A program made the translations under genes and the position numbers. A stretch of DNA of 64,000 bases from a virus (taxonomy: Duplodnaviria; Caudoviricetes): the IMG/VR virus record IMGVR_UViG_3300042885_001472; one strand, written 5' to 3'. The stretch's first letter is position 1; each line of letters starts with the position of its first letter. A model generated the notes under the pieces. That model ran no database searches and was not told the origin of the DNA. It worked only from the letters and a program-made list of their open reading frames with translations. Shown piece by piece: positions 38,484 to 48,969 of this stretch.

Positions 38484-40466
38484 ATGGCAGCTAGAACGGT
38501 TAGTATATTAGGTGGAAATTGGAATGCAACAGCAACTTGGGTTGGTGGTGTAGTTCCTCTTGTTGGAGATACAGTTGATTTTACAGCATTATCTGGACCT
38601 CTTGTTGTTAATATAGCAACGGTTATTTTAGCTGGTATAAATTTTACTAATTATGTTAATACAATTACTTTTAATAATATTATCCAATTAAATGGAAGTT
38701 TAAATTTAGGAACAGGTGGTTACACACAAGCTGGAGCAAGTGGATTATGGTTACTTGGTAACACAAGTATAAGTGGAACTACTGTTTGGACTAGAACATT
38801 TACAGTATCTATAGGCTCTGCTGTAACATTTACTTTATCAAATAACTTAAATTTAACTGATTTATCATTAACTGGTAATGGTGGTTTATTAAGTTTTATA
38901 TTAGGTGGAAATGTAGTATCAATATCTAATAATATATCTTTTTTTGGAAATGGTTCATTTACCTTAAATATTCCTAACGATTTACAAATAACCAATCTAT
39001 TACTTGGTGCTAATAATGCTCGTACTTGTGTTATAAATGGTTTTACTTTATCTATATCTGGTAATTTAACTCAAAGTCAAGGCATATTCATAACATCTGG
39101 TACGGCATCAATTTTATTAAATGGTACTGGAACTTGGAGTAATACTAGTACAGGAGCTTTAAGAAACAATTTAACAATTGATACTGCTGGAACAATTACA
39201 ATAAGTGGAACTGTATATTTTAATTCAGCAACAATTACCTATATTCAAGGGAATGTTATAACAACAGGAAGTACCTTGGTTATAGCTGGTATAACTACGT
39301 TAAATTGTGGAAATATGAATGATATAATTACAAATAAATGGAATAATATTGTTTCTGCGTCTGGAGCTTATGTGTTAATTAGTGATTTAAACTGTCAAAA
39401 TTTTACAGGAGGTGGTGGTGCTGTTACTTTTACTAATTCTGGAGGAAATATTTTTATCTCTGGTAATTTATTACATAATAGTAGTGGTGCTATATTAGGT
39501 ACAGCAAGTATTAATTTAATTGGTACAGGAACTTGGACTGATACAACTACAAATGACATAAGAAGTAACTTAAATATTAACACTACAGGAACAATTACTA
39601 TAGTTGGTAATATTGCTTATAGTGTAGGAACTTTAACATATATTTCTGGAACAGTAGTTACTACAAGTTCTACATTAACTCTTGGTAATGGAGCAATTTT
39701 AGATACAAATGGAATTACGTGGAATAATATTATTCCATCTGGGACTGTTACTTTGACAAGTGATTTATATTTTAGTGGTTTATTTGCAAATTCAGCAGCT
39801 AGTGCTTTTAATATAAATGGTTCTAATATTTATTGTATGAGTGGAAAATTACAAGGTTTAGGTAATGGTATTATATTTTCAGGAACTTCTACTTTTATTT
39901 TTAAAGGTGATTCAAGTTTTTTTACACAATATTCAGGATTTAATCTTGCTTTAAATACAATAATAGATTGTAATACACTCACTTTAGCAAGTAATAATAC
40001 AACTCAATTTTCATCATTTAGTACAAAAACATTAACTTATGTTAGCGGTAAAATAAATAAAAGAGCATATTTACAATTACTTTCAAATTGTACATTAATT
40101 AATTTTAATAAATGTATAATAGATAATATTGTAATAACAACTGGACAAATTATAACTATGAATGAGTTTTTTAGTGGTAATCCAAGTAAAATTATAAAAT
40201 TAACATCAACAAGTCTATCAACAAATTATACAATAGCCTTTCAAAATGGTTTTGAAAAAATAGCAAAATTTGTTGATATTAATAATTGTACATTATCAAA
40301 ACCACTACAATTATTGGTTATTACTAATAGTCCAAGAAATTCAACTAATAGAGGTATAAGATACATCAATCAAAGTCCAAATGGGATAGCTAAAAATAAT
40401 CCAAGTATTAATGTTCCTATGACATTTGGTGCAGGGGGATTATTATCTGATCCAAATATGAGGTAA
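38484..40466 (+). CDS. Beta-helix/solenoid tailspike- or adhesin-like protein
   Basis: GGNWNATATWVGGVVP..GD.V.F start; internal repeat (GTGTWSNTSTGALRNNLTIDTAGTITISG / GTGTWTDTTTNDIRSNLNINTTGTITIVG); almost no charged residues. Confidence 0.65.
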   Translation: MAARTVSILGGNWNATATWVGGVVPLVGDTVDFTALSGPLVVNIATVILAGINFTNYVNTITFNNIIQLNGSLNLGTGGYTQAGASGLWLLGNTSISGTTVWTRTFTVSIGSAVTFTLSNNLNLTDLSLTGNGGLLSFILGGNVVSISNNISFFGNGSFTLNIPNDLQITNLLLGANNARTCVINGFTLSISGNLTQSQGIFITSGTASILLNGTGTWSNTSTGALRNNLTIDTAGTITISGTVYFNSATITYIQGNVITTGSTLVIAGITTLNCGNMNDIITNKWNNIVSASGAYVLISDLNCQNFTGGGGAVTFTNSGGNIFISGNLLHNSSGAILGTASINLIGTGTWTDTTTNDIRSNLNINTTGTITIVGNIAYSVGTLTYISGTVVTTSSTLTLGNGAILDTNGITWNNIIPSGTVTLTSDLYFSGLFANSAASAFNINGSNIYCMSGKLQGLGNGIIFSGTSTFIFKGDSSFFTQYSGFNLALNTIIDCNTLTLASNNTTQFSSFSTKTLTYVSGKINKRAYLQLLSNCTLINFNKCIIDNIVITTGQIITMNEFFSGNPSKIIKLTSTSLSTNYTIAFQNGFEKIAKFVDINNCTLSKPLQLLVITNSPRNSTNRGIRYINQSPNGIAKNNPSINVPMTFGAGGLLSDPNMR

Positions 40467-40573
40467 AAGTATCTAATTACAAATAATTCTTTAAATTTTC
40501 AATAAAAAAGTTCTTTCTGTTTACTCTATATATTTATTATTAAAACAATAATATTTAAACAAAAAAATTAATA

Positions 40574-43363
40574 ATGGCAGGAAATAGAGTATTTGTAAGT
40601 CCGGGTGTCTATACATCAGAACTTGATTTAAGTTTTATCGCTAGACAAGTTGGGGTAACAACCCTAGGGATAGTGGGTGAAACACCTAAAGGACCGGCGT
40701 TTGAACCGGTTTTCATAAGTAGTTATGATGAATATCAAACAATTTTCGGTGGTTTAAACCCCGAATTGTTCAGAGCAACTGGTTATCCAAAGTATGAGAC
40801 CAATTATATCGCAAAAGGATATTTAACACAATCAAGTCAATTGTTTGTGACGAGAGTTTTAGGTTTATCTGGTTATGACGCGGGTGACGCTTGGTCAATT
40901 AAAATTGACGCGGCTTTAGATACATCAACCGTAGTTTGTTATTCAACTGGTGTTACTACATCAACTTTTAGTGTAACTACTGGTGGTACTATAAATTCAT
41001 TTGTATTTTCTGGTCATGGTGATACTGAATTAAACGCTGTTTATAATGATGGGTTATTTAACTCTTATTTAGTTGGATTAGAAGATTCAACCATGTTAAC
41101 AACACTTACCGCGAGTACGGAATATGTTAAAACTGGTTCTGTTTATAATGGTGGTAATTTTGATTTATTAGTAACTTCTGTTGGTTCAGATGGTTTAGGT
41201 AATATTACTGGTTCAACTACAGGTACATCTGTTATTTGTAGTGGTACTTCTTACGCGGATGTTGATGGTATGGTTATCGCAACATTACGTTCTGAAGCTA
41301 CTTATGATGTGAATGAATTAATTACATTCTCAGTTGTTAACCCAGGTATCACATTTGATACCTCAGTTACTGACGCTGAATATGATCCTTATGGTACATT
41401 TGTAGTTAGTGGTAACACAACCGCTGGTGATTCAATTTATTTTGAAGCGTCAATGGATAAAACTAAGAAAAATTATTTAATTAGAGTATTAGGTCAAGCA
41501 CCATTCCAAAATCAACAACCTTTATTTGTAGAAGAGATTTATGATAATATGTTCGCATCTCTTGTTGAACAAGGTAAAGTTAAAGGTATACAATTAGGTT
41601 TTGAATATGTAACTAATTTAGATAATTATTTAACTGAATACAGATCAGCTGTAACCCCTTGGGTTGTTTCTGAGGTTAGAGGTAATAAAGTATTTAGATT
41701 ATTTAGATTTATCACGATTTCTGATGGTGATGGAGCTAATAAAGAAATAAAAATTTCTGTACAAAATATTAACCTTGAAGATTTAGAATTTGATATCGTA
41801 ATTAGAGATTTTTATGATACAGACGCGAGTCCTTCTATCTTAGAAAGATTTAGTAAATGTTCAATGGATTCTACTAGTACAAATTATATCGCAAGAAGAA
41901 TTGGTACAAATGATGGGTTCTTCCCATTAAGAAGTAGTCGTGTTATGGTTGAGATGGCTGAAAATCTTGTAGAAGACGCAATTCCGGCTGGATTTGAAGG
42001 ATTCTTAACAAGAGAATACAATACAACATTACCTCCAATTATGACTTACAAAACTGATTACTTAATTACTGAAAAAGTAAGAAAAGTGTATCTTGGTGTT
42101 TCTAACACTGTGGGTATTGATCAGGATATGTTTGATTTCAAAGGTTTACAAAGTAATGTTGGTGGTTCTGAATGGACTGGTGTAACTAAAGGATTCCATA
42201 TGGATGTTAACGCTACTGGTGTTACTGTTGATGGTCAAAGTTCAGCTATTACATTTGATGTTGGATGTTGTCCAATGCAAACACCAGCGTCAGTTGTTAA
42301 TACAGCTTACGAAAAAATACAAGCTAGAAAGTTCACATTCGCACCATTTGGTGGGTTTGATGGATGGGATATCTATAGATCAAGAAGAACGAATAGAGAT
42401 ACTTACAAAGCTACCGGTACTAAAGGTGTGGCTGGAGTAACTTCAGGGATCTTTACAACTAGACCAACAAGTGATGGTCAAAATGGTATCACTTCTGATT
42501 ACTACGCTTATTATGAAGGTATTAAAACTTTCTCTAACCCAGAATCTGTTAACATTAACGTATTCACTACCCCAGGTATCGATACTGTTGATAATAATGA
42601 TTTAGTTGGTGAAGCTATTGATATGGTAGAAACTGAACGTTGTGATTCATTATATATTGTTACTACTCCAGATACTTCTGGAACTGGAACAGATGTTTAC
42701 ACTCCAGAAGATATCGCGGATACATTATATGGTGAATTTGATAGTAATTATACAGCGACTTACTGGCCTTGGTTACAAATGAATGATACGGAGAATAATG
42801 TATATATTTGGTTACCACCAACCGGTGAAGTTGTAAGAAATATCGCTTTAACTGACAATGTAGCTTTCCCTTGGTTTGCGACAGCAGGTCTTAATAGAGG
42901 TGTTACTAACGCGATTAAAGCTCGTTTAAAACTTAAACTTTCTGATAGAGATGGTTTATATGATAATAGAATTAATCCAATGGCGACATTCTCTGAAGAG
43001 GGAGTAGTAATTTGGGGTAATAAAACATTACAAATTAAAGATTCAGCTCTTAACCGAATCAATGTAAGACGTTTATTATTACAAGCTAGAAAATTAATTT
43101 CAGCAGTATCAATTAGATTATTATTTGAACAAAACGATCAGATTGTTAGAAATCAATTCTTAACATTAGTTAACCCAATTCTTGAGAATATCAGAAAAGA
43201 AAGAGGTTTAACAGACTTTAGAGTTCAATTAAATGATACTCCAGAGTCAATTGACAGAAATGAGTTGAATGGTAGAATTTTCTTAAAACCTACACGTTCA
43301 TTAGAATTTATCTTTATAGAATTCGTTGTAACCCCAACAGGAGCTTCTTTTGAAAACTTGTAA
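40574..43363 (+). CDS. Contractile tail sheath protein (gp18-like)
   Basis: FVSPGVYTSE.D, GPAFEP, ATYWPW, PWFA.AGLNRG, INP, WGNKTL, RINVRRLL, LKPTRSLEFI.IEF. Confidence 0.97.
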   Translation: MAGNRVFVSPGVYTSELDLSFIARQVGVTTLGIVGETPKGPAFEPVFISSYDEYQTIFGGLNPELFRATGYPKYETNYIAKGYLTQSSQLFVTRVLGLSGYDAGDAWSIKIDAALDTSTVVCYSTGVTTSTFSVTTGGTINSFVFSGHGDTELNAVYNDGLFNSYLVGLEDSTMLTTLTASTEYVKTGSVYNGGNFDLLVTSVGSDGLGNITGSTTGTSVICSGTSYADVDGMVIATLRSEATYDVNELITFSVVNPGITFDTSVTDAEYDPYGTFVVSGNTTAGDSIYFEASMDKTKKNYLIRVLGQAPFQNQQPLFVEEIYDNMFASLVEQGKVKGIQLGFEYVTNLDNYLTEYRSAVTPWVVSEVRGNKVFRLFRFITISDGDGANKEIKISVQNINLEDLEFDIVIRDFYDTDASPSILERFSKCSMDSTSTNYIARRIGTNDGFFPLRSSRVMVEMAENLVEDAIPAGFEGFLTREYNTTLPPIMTYKTDYLITEKVRKVYLGVSNTVGIDQDMFDFKGLQSNVGGSEWTGVTKGFHMDVNATGVTVDGQSSAITFDVGCCPMQTPASVVNTAYEKIQARKFTFAPFGGFDGWDIYRSRRTNRDTYKATGTKGVAGVTSGIFTTRPTSDGQNGITSDYYAYYEGIKTFSNPESVNINVFTTPGIDTVDNNDLVGEAIDMVETERCDSLYIVTTPDTSGTGTDVYTPEDIADTLYGEFDSNYTATYWPWLQMNDTENNVYIWLPPTGEVVRNIALTDNVAFPWFATAGLNRGVTNAIKARLKLKLSDRDGLYDNRINPMATFSEEGVVIWGNKTLQIKDSALNRINVRRLLLQARKLISAVSIRLLFEQNDQIVRNQFLTLVNPILENIRKERGLTDFRVQLNDTPESIDRNELNGRIFLKPTRSLEFIFIEFVVTPTGASFENL

Positions 43364-43380
43364 GATAATAACACATAAAA

Positions 43381-43417
43381 ATATAAAAGAGATACTCAAA
43401 AGGTATCTCTTTTATAT
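43381..43417. terminator. Intrinsic terminator after the sheath gene
   Basis: Perfect 15-bp inverted repeat ATATAAAAGAGATAC / GTATCTCTTTTATAT with a 7-nt loop. Confidence 0.9.
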
Positions 43418-43444
43418 TTTACACATATTTATTAATAAATTAAA

Positions 43445-44200
43445 ATGATGGAAAAAAGAAATAAATTGGTTGAGACTAAATTACGAAATACAATAAAAAA
43501 AGTTGTACTTAAAGAAAGTAAGGTAATTACCAATGATAGTAAGTTAATAACTGAAGGTAAAAAGATTATTGTAAATTTTCATAAAATAAAAAAACGAAAA
43601 TTAAAAGAGGGTTATAGTAAACAAGAAATTAATGAAGATTTTACTGATTGGTTAAAATCATTATTCACTAGTGATGATGAAGAAACTCCATCAAATGATA
43701 ATAATTCAATGGTTGATGATTCAGAAGATGGTGAAAAAAGTGGTGATATGAAAAAAACTTTAGTTGATACCGCTAGTCAATGGATGATTGGTTATATTTT
43801 AGAACAATTAGGTGTTACTGGTGAGTTAAATAGAATTTTAAAAATAGCTTTATCAGATATTGATATTACAGACTATCCTAAGTTACTAGATCCAGTGGAT
43901 AATTGTAAATGGTTATCTGATGTATTATTTGATGGTATTATGGAATATATCGTACAAGTAGCTTCTGAATCAATGTTAGGTTTAAAAAATAGTGGTGGTA
44001 GTATCGTAAGTACTTCCTTCTCAAAAGCGTTCGCTAATTTAACTTCTAATAGTCAATTTAAGACAGATATGAAACGTTATGTTAGTATGGCCATTTGTGA
44101 CGCTTTAGGTGGTCAATCTGGTGAATTTGAGTTATCTAGTGAACTTGGTCGTTCAGATTTAGATCCGGAAATGGTGAGTGGAATTAGAGAAAAATTATAA
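43445..44200 (+). CDS. Hypothetical protein (possible internal head protein)
   Basis: N-terminus with repeated LVE, LKE, ITE, LKE, INE motifs. Confidence 0.75.
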   Translation: MMEKRNKLVETKLRNTIKKVVLKESKVITNDSKLITEGKKIIVNFHKIKKRKLKEGYSKQEINEDFTDWLKSLFTSDDEETPSNDNNSMVDDSEDGEKSGDMKKTLVDTASQWMIGYILEQLGVTGELNRILKIALSDIDITDYPKLLDPVDNCKWLSDVLFDGIMEYIVQVASESMLGLKNSGGSIVSTSFSKAFANLTSNSQFKTDMKRYVSMAICDALGGQSGEFELSSELGRSDLDPEMVSGIREKL

Positions 44201-44227
44201 TATTTTTTTATATTAAAAAAAACCCCT

Positions 44228-44235
44228 ATATTTGT
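44228..44235 (+). promoter_or_regulatory. Bacteroidota-type -7 element TATATTTG
   Basis: TAnnTTTG match 25 nt before ATG 44261. Confidence 0.5.
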
Positions 44236-44260
44236 TGTATTAATTTAAAATAATATAACA

Positions 44261-45031
44261 ATGGGGTTTAATATAAACTTAGATACTTTCAAGAAAAAAT
44301 TCTTTCTATTAGATTGGGATGATAATATATTAGTTATGCCAACTAAGATTACTTTAGATAAAGTAGTAAAAAATAAATTAATTAAAGTTGATGTTGATTC
44401 TCATCAATTCCGTAGAATAAGAAGTAAAATTGGTTCTACCTATATGGTTAGATCAGATAGTTTCACAAAGTTTGTTAACCCCACCCAATTTAAAGAAGAT
44501 GTTTTATACTCAATCAAAAATAATAATTTTGGTCCGGTATATAATAAATTCATCACAGCGTTAGTTAATGGTCATGATTTCGCCATTATTACCGCCAGAG
44601 GTCATTCCCCTAAAATAATTAAAGATGGGATTAAACTTATTATAAACAATAATTTAACATTAAAACAAAAGAAAGATATTACCATAAATCTTAATGGTGA
44701 AACCATAACCAAATATTTAAACAGACAAAAATATTATACAGTTTCATCCAAGGAGTTTATTAAAGAGTTTAAATTAGATAGTACAACACAGAACCCAGAG
44801 AATGGTAAAAAATTGGCGATAATTGATTATGTTGAGAATGTCGTTAAACTATATGGTAAAAAATTTAAAAACATTAGTATTGGGTTTAGTGATGATGATT
44901 TAGGTAATATTAAAGTGGTGGAAGATATAATTAGATCTGTACTTAAAATTAAGTTTCCAAACATACATTTCGTCATATACGATACATCTAATCCAAAGAA
45001 AATTAAAAAGATTAGAATTTATATGGCTTAA
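44261..45031 (+). CDS. HAD-superfamily hydrolase-like protein
   Basis: LLDWDDNI (motif I), AIITARGH (motif II), K of GKK, IGFSDDD (motif IV). Confidence 0.7.
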   Translation: MGFNINLDTFKKKFFLLDWDDNILVMPTKITLDKVVKNKLIKVDVDSHQFRRIRSKIGSTYMVRSDSFTKFVNPTQFKEDVLYSIKNNNFGPVYNKFITALVNGHDFAIITARGHSPKIIKDGIKLIINNNLTLKQKKDITINLNGETITKYLNRQKYYTVSSKEFIKEFKLDSTTQNPENGKKLAIIDYVENVVKLYGKKFKNISIGFSDDDLGNIKVVEDIIRSVLKIKFPNIHFVIYDTSNPKKIKKIRIYMA

Positions 45032-46653
45032 GTGGTGACATTATTATAACACCATTTCTTACAACCACAATCATATATTCTTAATAACCCCATCTCTTCA
45101 GTTATTTCTCGTTCACTCTTATTCTTATCATACCCCATAGATACTAACACATCCTTTCTATAGTTAAATCTATTAATTCTTTTACCACCTTTAATATAGT
45201 GATAATTGGATTTAGTTTCACCATTAAATGTAAATCCCAATTTTTCATATAAATCTCCGGTAAAGTACCTACTATCTGAAAAGGATATGATATCGGAGGG
45301 TTGATAAGTTTTTAAAAAGTATCTAAATAGTTTTGATCCACCACCAATCACTTTACTATTTTTTAAATTACAGAATCTAACCATTTCATATGATCCATCA
45401 ACACTCTTCATACCGAGGGATTTTCTTAAAGAACCAAATGTCATGACAGATACCAATTTATCATTATAGAATAATCCAATCTTTATTTTTGAATTATGAT
45501 GTCCTTGTATATGATTTTGATCAACAAATTCTTTACACATCTTACTATCAATCTCTTTAATAACACACTTCCTACCATAAATCACCTGATCAAATATATT
45601 GAAGTTTGTATTTAAAATTGATTTAACAATTTCTTTTTTATGTAACCACTCATCCTCAAATATCTGTATGAGTTTAATGTTTTGTTCAGAACATTTTTTA
45701 TATTTTTTAAAATGATAATCATTACTAACCTTATAAGATGAGTGCCAAAACAATCCATTATATTCTATACCAATATTTTTATTTGGTATTAATACATCTA
45801 TCTCCTGGGGGTAAATTACTTTCCTATCTTTCTCTTTAATCTCTTCTAGTGGTAATAGTTCTTTAATATAATTTAACACCTCACTCTCACTATAACTAAT
45901 GGAGTTTGTAACTGGATTACAGAGTGTACAAACTTCTACATCCATACTATTCCTATTGTAGAGTACTGATCGATTAATAATAAAATTATTATGACATTTA
46001 TCACATAAAATTTTAATATCGTCCCCTTCATCTGATAGTATATTAAATCTTTCATACTTTTCTCTAAAAATTTTTCTTTTAGTTTCCAACGATTTGTATT
46101 GAGATTCTTTCGTTAGTAGATTAGAAACTAAACCAATTTTTTTAATATTAGTATCTTTTATTTTATCTGATACACCTTCAACCGCCCATACACCGGGGAC
46201 ATTATATTTTTCTATGAACTTATCTTGTATTAAATCTTTTCGTTTAAAGAAATTATCAACACCAAAATTTTTTAAAGTTGTGTTTTTAATTTTATCATTA
46301 ATACTTTCCGATGATGTACCTTGACCACCATACTTTTTATCATTTGTTTCTTTTACTTTTTTAATATGTTCTTCACATTGATTAGTACATTCTCTTGAAC
46401 AATACACACCATAACCCTCAGAAAGACTACGCTTAAATTTTAATTCCTTATCACATTTTTTACATAAAATTTTTGTATCAACATTATGTATGTAGTGCCA
46501 AATTTTTTCTTTGAATGAAATTTCATTAAGATTTTTTTTATTAAAATGAATTATTTTTTTATGTAAATCATTAAAATTGTCTTTTAAATAAGATTCTTGA
46601 CTTCTTTTACCATTTTTATTTTCAATAATAAAAAACTTTTCCAAATTCACCAT
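45028..46653 (-). CDS. Hef-like endonuclease: Zn-ribbons, KYG repeats, Vsr/DUF559-like nuclease, GNAT-like C-terminus (paralog A)
   Basis: CKKC, CSREC, CDKC, CTLC; EIDVLIP..NIGIEYNGLFWHS; IQIFEDEW; NHIQG; ISFSD.RY..G.LYEKLGF; IYDCG. Confidence 0.8.
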   Translation of the reverse strand: MVNLEKFFIIENKNGKRSQESYLKDNFNDLHKKIIHFNKKNLNEISFKEKIWHYIHNVDTKILCKKCDKELKFKRSLSEGYGVYCSRECTNQCEEHIKKVKETNDKKYGGQGTSSESINDKIKNTTLKNFGVDNFFKRKDLIQDKFIEKYNVPGVWAVEGVSDKIKDTNIKKIGLVSNLLTKESQYKSLETKRKIFREKYERFNILSDEGDDIKILCDKCHNNFIINRSVLYNRNSMDVEVCTLCNPVTNSISYSESEVLNYIKELLPLEEIKEKDRKVIYPQEIDVLIPNKNIGIEYNGLFWHSSYKVSNDYHFKKYKKCSEQNIKLIQIFEDEWLHKKEIVKSILNTNFNIFDQVIYGRKCVIKEIDSKMCKEFVDQNHIQGHHNSKIKIGLFYNDKLVSVMTFGSLRKSLGMKSVDGSYEMVRFCNLKNSKVIGGGSKLFRYFLKTYQPSDIISFSDSRYFTGDLYEKLGFTFNGETKSNYHYIKGGKRINRFNYRKDVLVSMGYDKNKSEREITEEMGLLRIYDCGCKKWCYNNVTT

Positions 46654-46719
46654 ATTTATAATTAAAGTAATATATTTTTATGTTACTAATATAATAATAA
46701 ATATTTTAAAAAACAAAAA

Positions 46720-47211
46720 ATGGCTGATTTATTACTGCGTATGCCTATGCCATACGAACCTAAAAAGAAAAATAGATGGATACTTAGATTTCCAGCTGAA
46801 TTAGGTATTCAAGAATGGTGGTTAGGTTCTGCCGCTAGACCCTCAATTACACAAGCTGAAGTTGTTATACCTTTTCTAAATACTGAAACTTATGTTTTGG
46901 GTAAATATAATTGGAATCCAATTAGTGTGACTTTTAGAGATCCTATTGGTCCATCCGCATCTCAAGCGATTATGGAGTGGGTGCGTTTACATTCAGAATC
47001 TGTAACTGGTAGACAAGGTTATGCCGCTGGGTACAAAAAAGATGTTGAACTTGAAATGTTAGATCCGACCGGAGTTGTAATTGAAAAATGGAGATTAGTT
47101 AACACTTGGTTAAGTGGTGATATTAATTTTGGTGATTTAAGTTACGAAAGTGGTGATTTAGCTGACATCGCGGCTTCATTAAGATTTGATTACGCTGTAT
47201 TATTATTCTAA
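46720..47211 (+). CDS. Tail tube protein (gp19-like)
   Basis: PYEPKKKNRW, ARPSI, WNPISVTFRD, EWV, YKKDVELEMLDPTGVVIEKW, LRFD. Confidence 0.9.
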   Translation: MADLLLRMPMPYEPKKKNRWILRFPAELGIQEWWLGSAARPSITQAEVVIPFLNTETYVLGKYNWNPISVTFRDPIGPSASQAIMEWVRLHSESVTGRQGYAAGYKKDVELEMLDPTGVVIEKWRLVNTWLSGDINFGDLSYESGDLADIAASLRFDYAVLLF

Positions 47212-47258
47212 TTAAATATCCTTGACATCCTACTGAAAAATTCATATATTTATAGTAT

Positions 47259-48926
47259 ATGAATTTTTCTTTTTTCCTTGAGAACAATACCTCTGGCCAT
47301 AAAACCAGAGAAGTTTGGTTTAATAAAAACCATAAAGATGTTTATGATAAAATCATACATCATTCAAAAACATATGATTTAGATAATCATTCATTCAAAG
47401 AAAAAATTTGGAACTATTTCCATAATATTACCACAAAACCAAAGTGTGGTGGTTGTGATAATATTGTAACCTTCACAGATAGATTTGATAGGGGTTACAA
47501 TAAATTTTGTTCATTAGATTGTGCCAACAATAGTGGTAAACTACTTGATTTAGTTAAAATAAAAATGAAGGAAACTTGGGGTGTTGAATACTTTTCACAA
47601 CATAGTACATTCAAAGAAAAAGTTAAAGAAACTAAACTAAAACGATATGGTGATGAAAATTACACTAATTCAGTAAAATCAAAAAAAACTAGATTAAAAA
47701 AATATGGTGATGAAAATTATGTTAATAAAGAAAAAGCGGTTGAAACATCTTTAAAAAAATATGGTGTAAGTAACCCTTCAAAATCTAAAATAATTAAAGA
47801 TAAGATTGTTGAGAACAACTTATCTAAGTGGGGATTTAAATCACCTTCATTACATCCGGATATTATATTAAAAAAAGAAAAGACTACATTACAAAATATT
47901 AAAAACAGATTTAAAGAAAATGAATTTATTTCATACGATACCAACATAAAAGAATTTACATTGTTATGTGATAAATGTAATCAAAATTATAAAATATTTA
48001 GTCCACTTTATAATGAGAGAAGAAGATTGGGTTATGAAACTTGTATTAATTGTAATCCAATAAATTCTTTATCATCACATAGAGAAAAAGAAGTTTACGA
48101 TTACCTTTTAGAATTGGGTATTAGTAATATTGAAAGAAACACAAGAAAAATAATATCACCATTAGAATTAGATTTATACTTACCAGAACATAATATAGGG
48201 ATTGAATTTAATGGGTTATATTATCATAGTGATTTATTTAAATCAGAAAATTATCATTTAAACAAATATAATAGGTGTTTAGAATTGGGAGTTGAATTAA
48301 TTCAGATTTTTGAGGATGAATGGTTATTTAAAAAAGATATTGTAAAATCTATCATAAAAAATCGTTTCGGTATGATTGAAAATAAAATATATGGTAGAAA
48401 ATGTGTTATAAAAGAAATTAGTAAAAAAGTTAGTTCAGAATTTTTACTTAATAATCATATCCAGGGTGATTGTTTGTCAAAGGTCAAATTAGGTTTATAT
48501 CATAATGAGGTTCTAGTTTCAGTTATGACATTTGGCACTAGAAGTGGTGTTGGTAATTATAAAGATGATTTTTCAGAACTATTACGTTTTTCTAATTTAA
48601 TTAATTATAATGTCATTGGTGGTGGATCAAAATTATTCAATTACTATATTAAAAATTATAACCCAAAAATGATTTTAAGTTATTCAGATAATAGATTATT
48701 TGGTGGGGGATTGTATAAAAATCTCGGTTTTGAATACATCCATAAATCAAAACCCAATTATTATTACATTAAAAATGAATTAAGATTTCATCGTTTGAAT
48801 TTTAAGAAAAAAAATCTTATTAAAAGTGGTTTTGATAAAAATAAGACTGAAAAATTAATTATGTCAGAAAGAGGTTTTAATAGAATATATGATTGTGGGG
48901 TAACTCGTTGGGAGTGGAAAATGTAA
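47259..48926 (+). CDS. Hef-like endonuclease (paralog B)
   Basis: CGGC, CSLDC, CDKC, CINC; ELDLYLP..NIGIEFNGLYYHS; IQIFEDEW; NHIQG; LSYSD.RL..GGLYKNLGF; IYDCG. Confidence 0.8.
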   Translation: MNFSFFLENNTSGHKTREVWFNKNHKDVYDKIIHHSKTYDLDNHSFKEKIWNYFHNITTKPKCGGCDNIVTFTDRFDRGYNKFCSLDCANNSGKLLDLVKIKMKETWGVEYFSQHSTFKEKVKETKLKRYGDENYTNSVKSKKTRLKKYGDENYVNKEKAVETSLKKYGVSNPSKSKIIKDKIVENNLSKWGFKSPSLHPDIILKKEKTTLQNIKNRFKENEFISYDTNIKEFTLLCDKCNQNYKIFSPLYNERRRLGYETCINCNPINSLSSHREKEVYDYLLELGISNIERNTRKIISPLELDLYLPEHNIGIEFNGLYYHSDLFKSENYHLNKYNRCLELGVELIQIFEDEWLFKKDIVKSIIKNRFGMIENKIYGRKCVIKEISKKVSSEFLLNNHIQGDCLSKVKLGLYHNEVLVSVMTFGTRSGVGNYKDDFSELLRFSNLINYNVIGGGSKLFNYYIKNYNPKMILSYSDNRLFGGGLYKNLGFEYIHKSKPNYYYIKNELRFHRLNFKKKNLIKSGFDKNKTEKLIMSERGFNRIYDCGVTRWEWKM

Positions 48927-48969
48927 TAAAAATTAATTTTTTTTAGTAATTTCAATATATTTATAATTA

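Noticed and set aside
11442-40466. Diversity-generating retroelement acting on the fibre/LamG genes
   Set aside because: No reverse transcriptase in the window; repeats are N-terminal or flanking, and their mismatches are not adenine-specific
47222-47250. Sigma70-like TTGACA-N17-TATATT upstream of endonuclease paralog B
   Set aside because: Single occurrence, overlaps the ATATTTAT element, and does not fit the inferred Bacteroidota host; may be chance or a relic carried with the mobile gene
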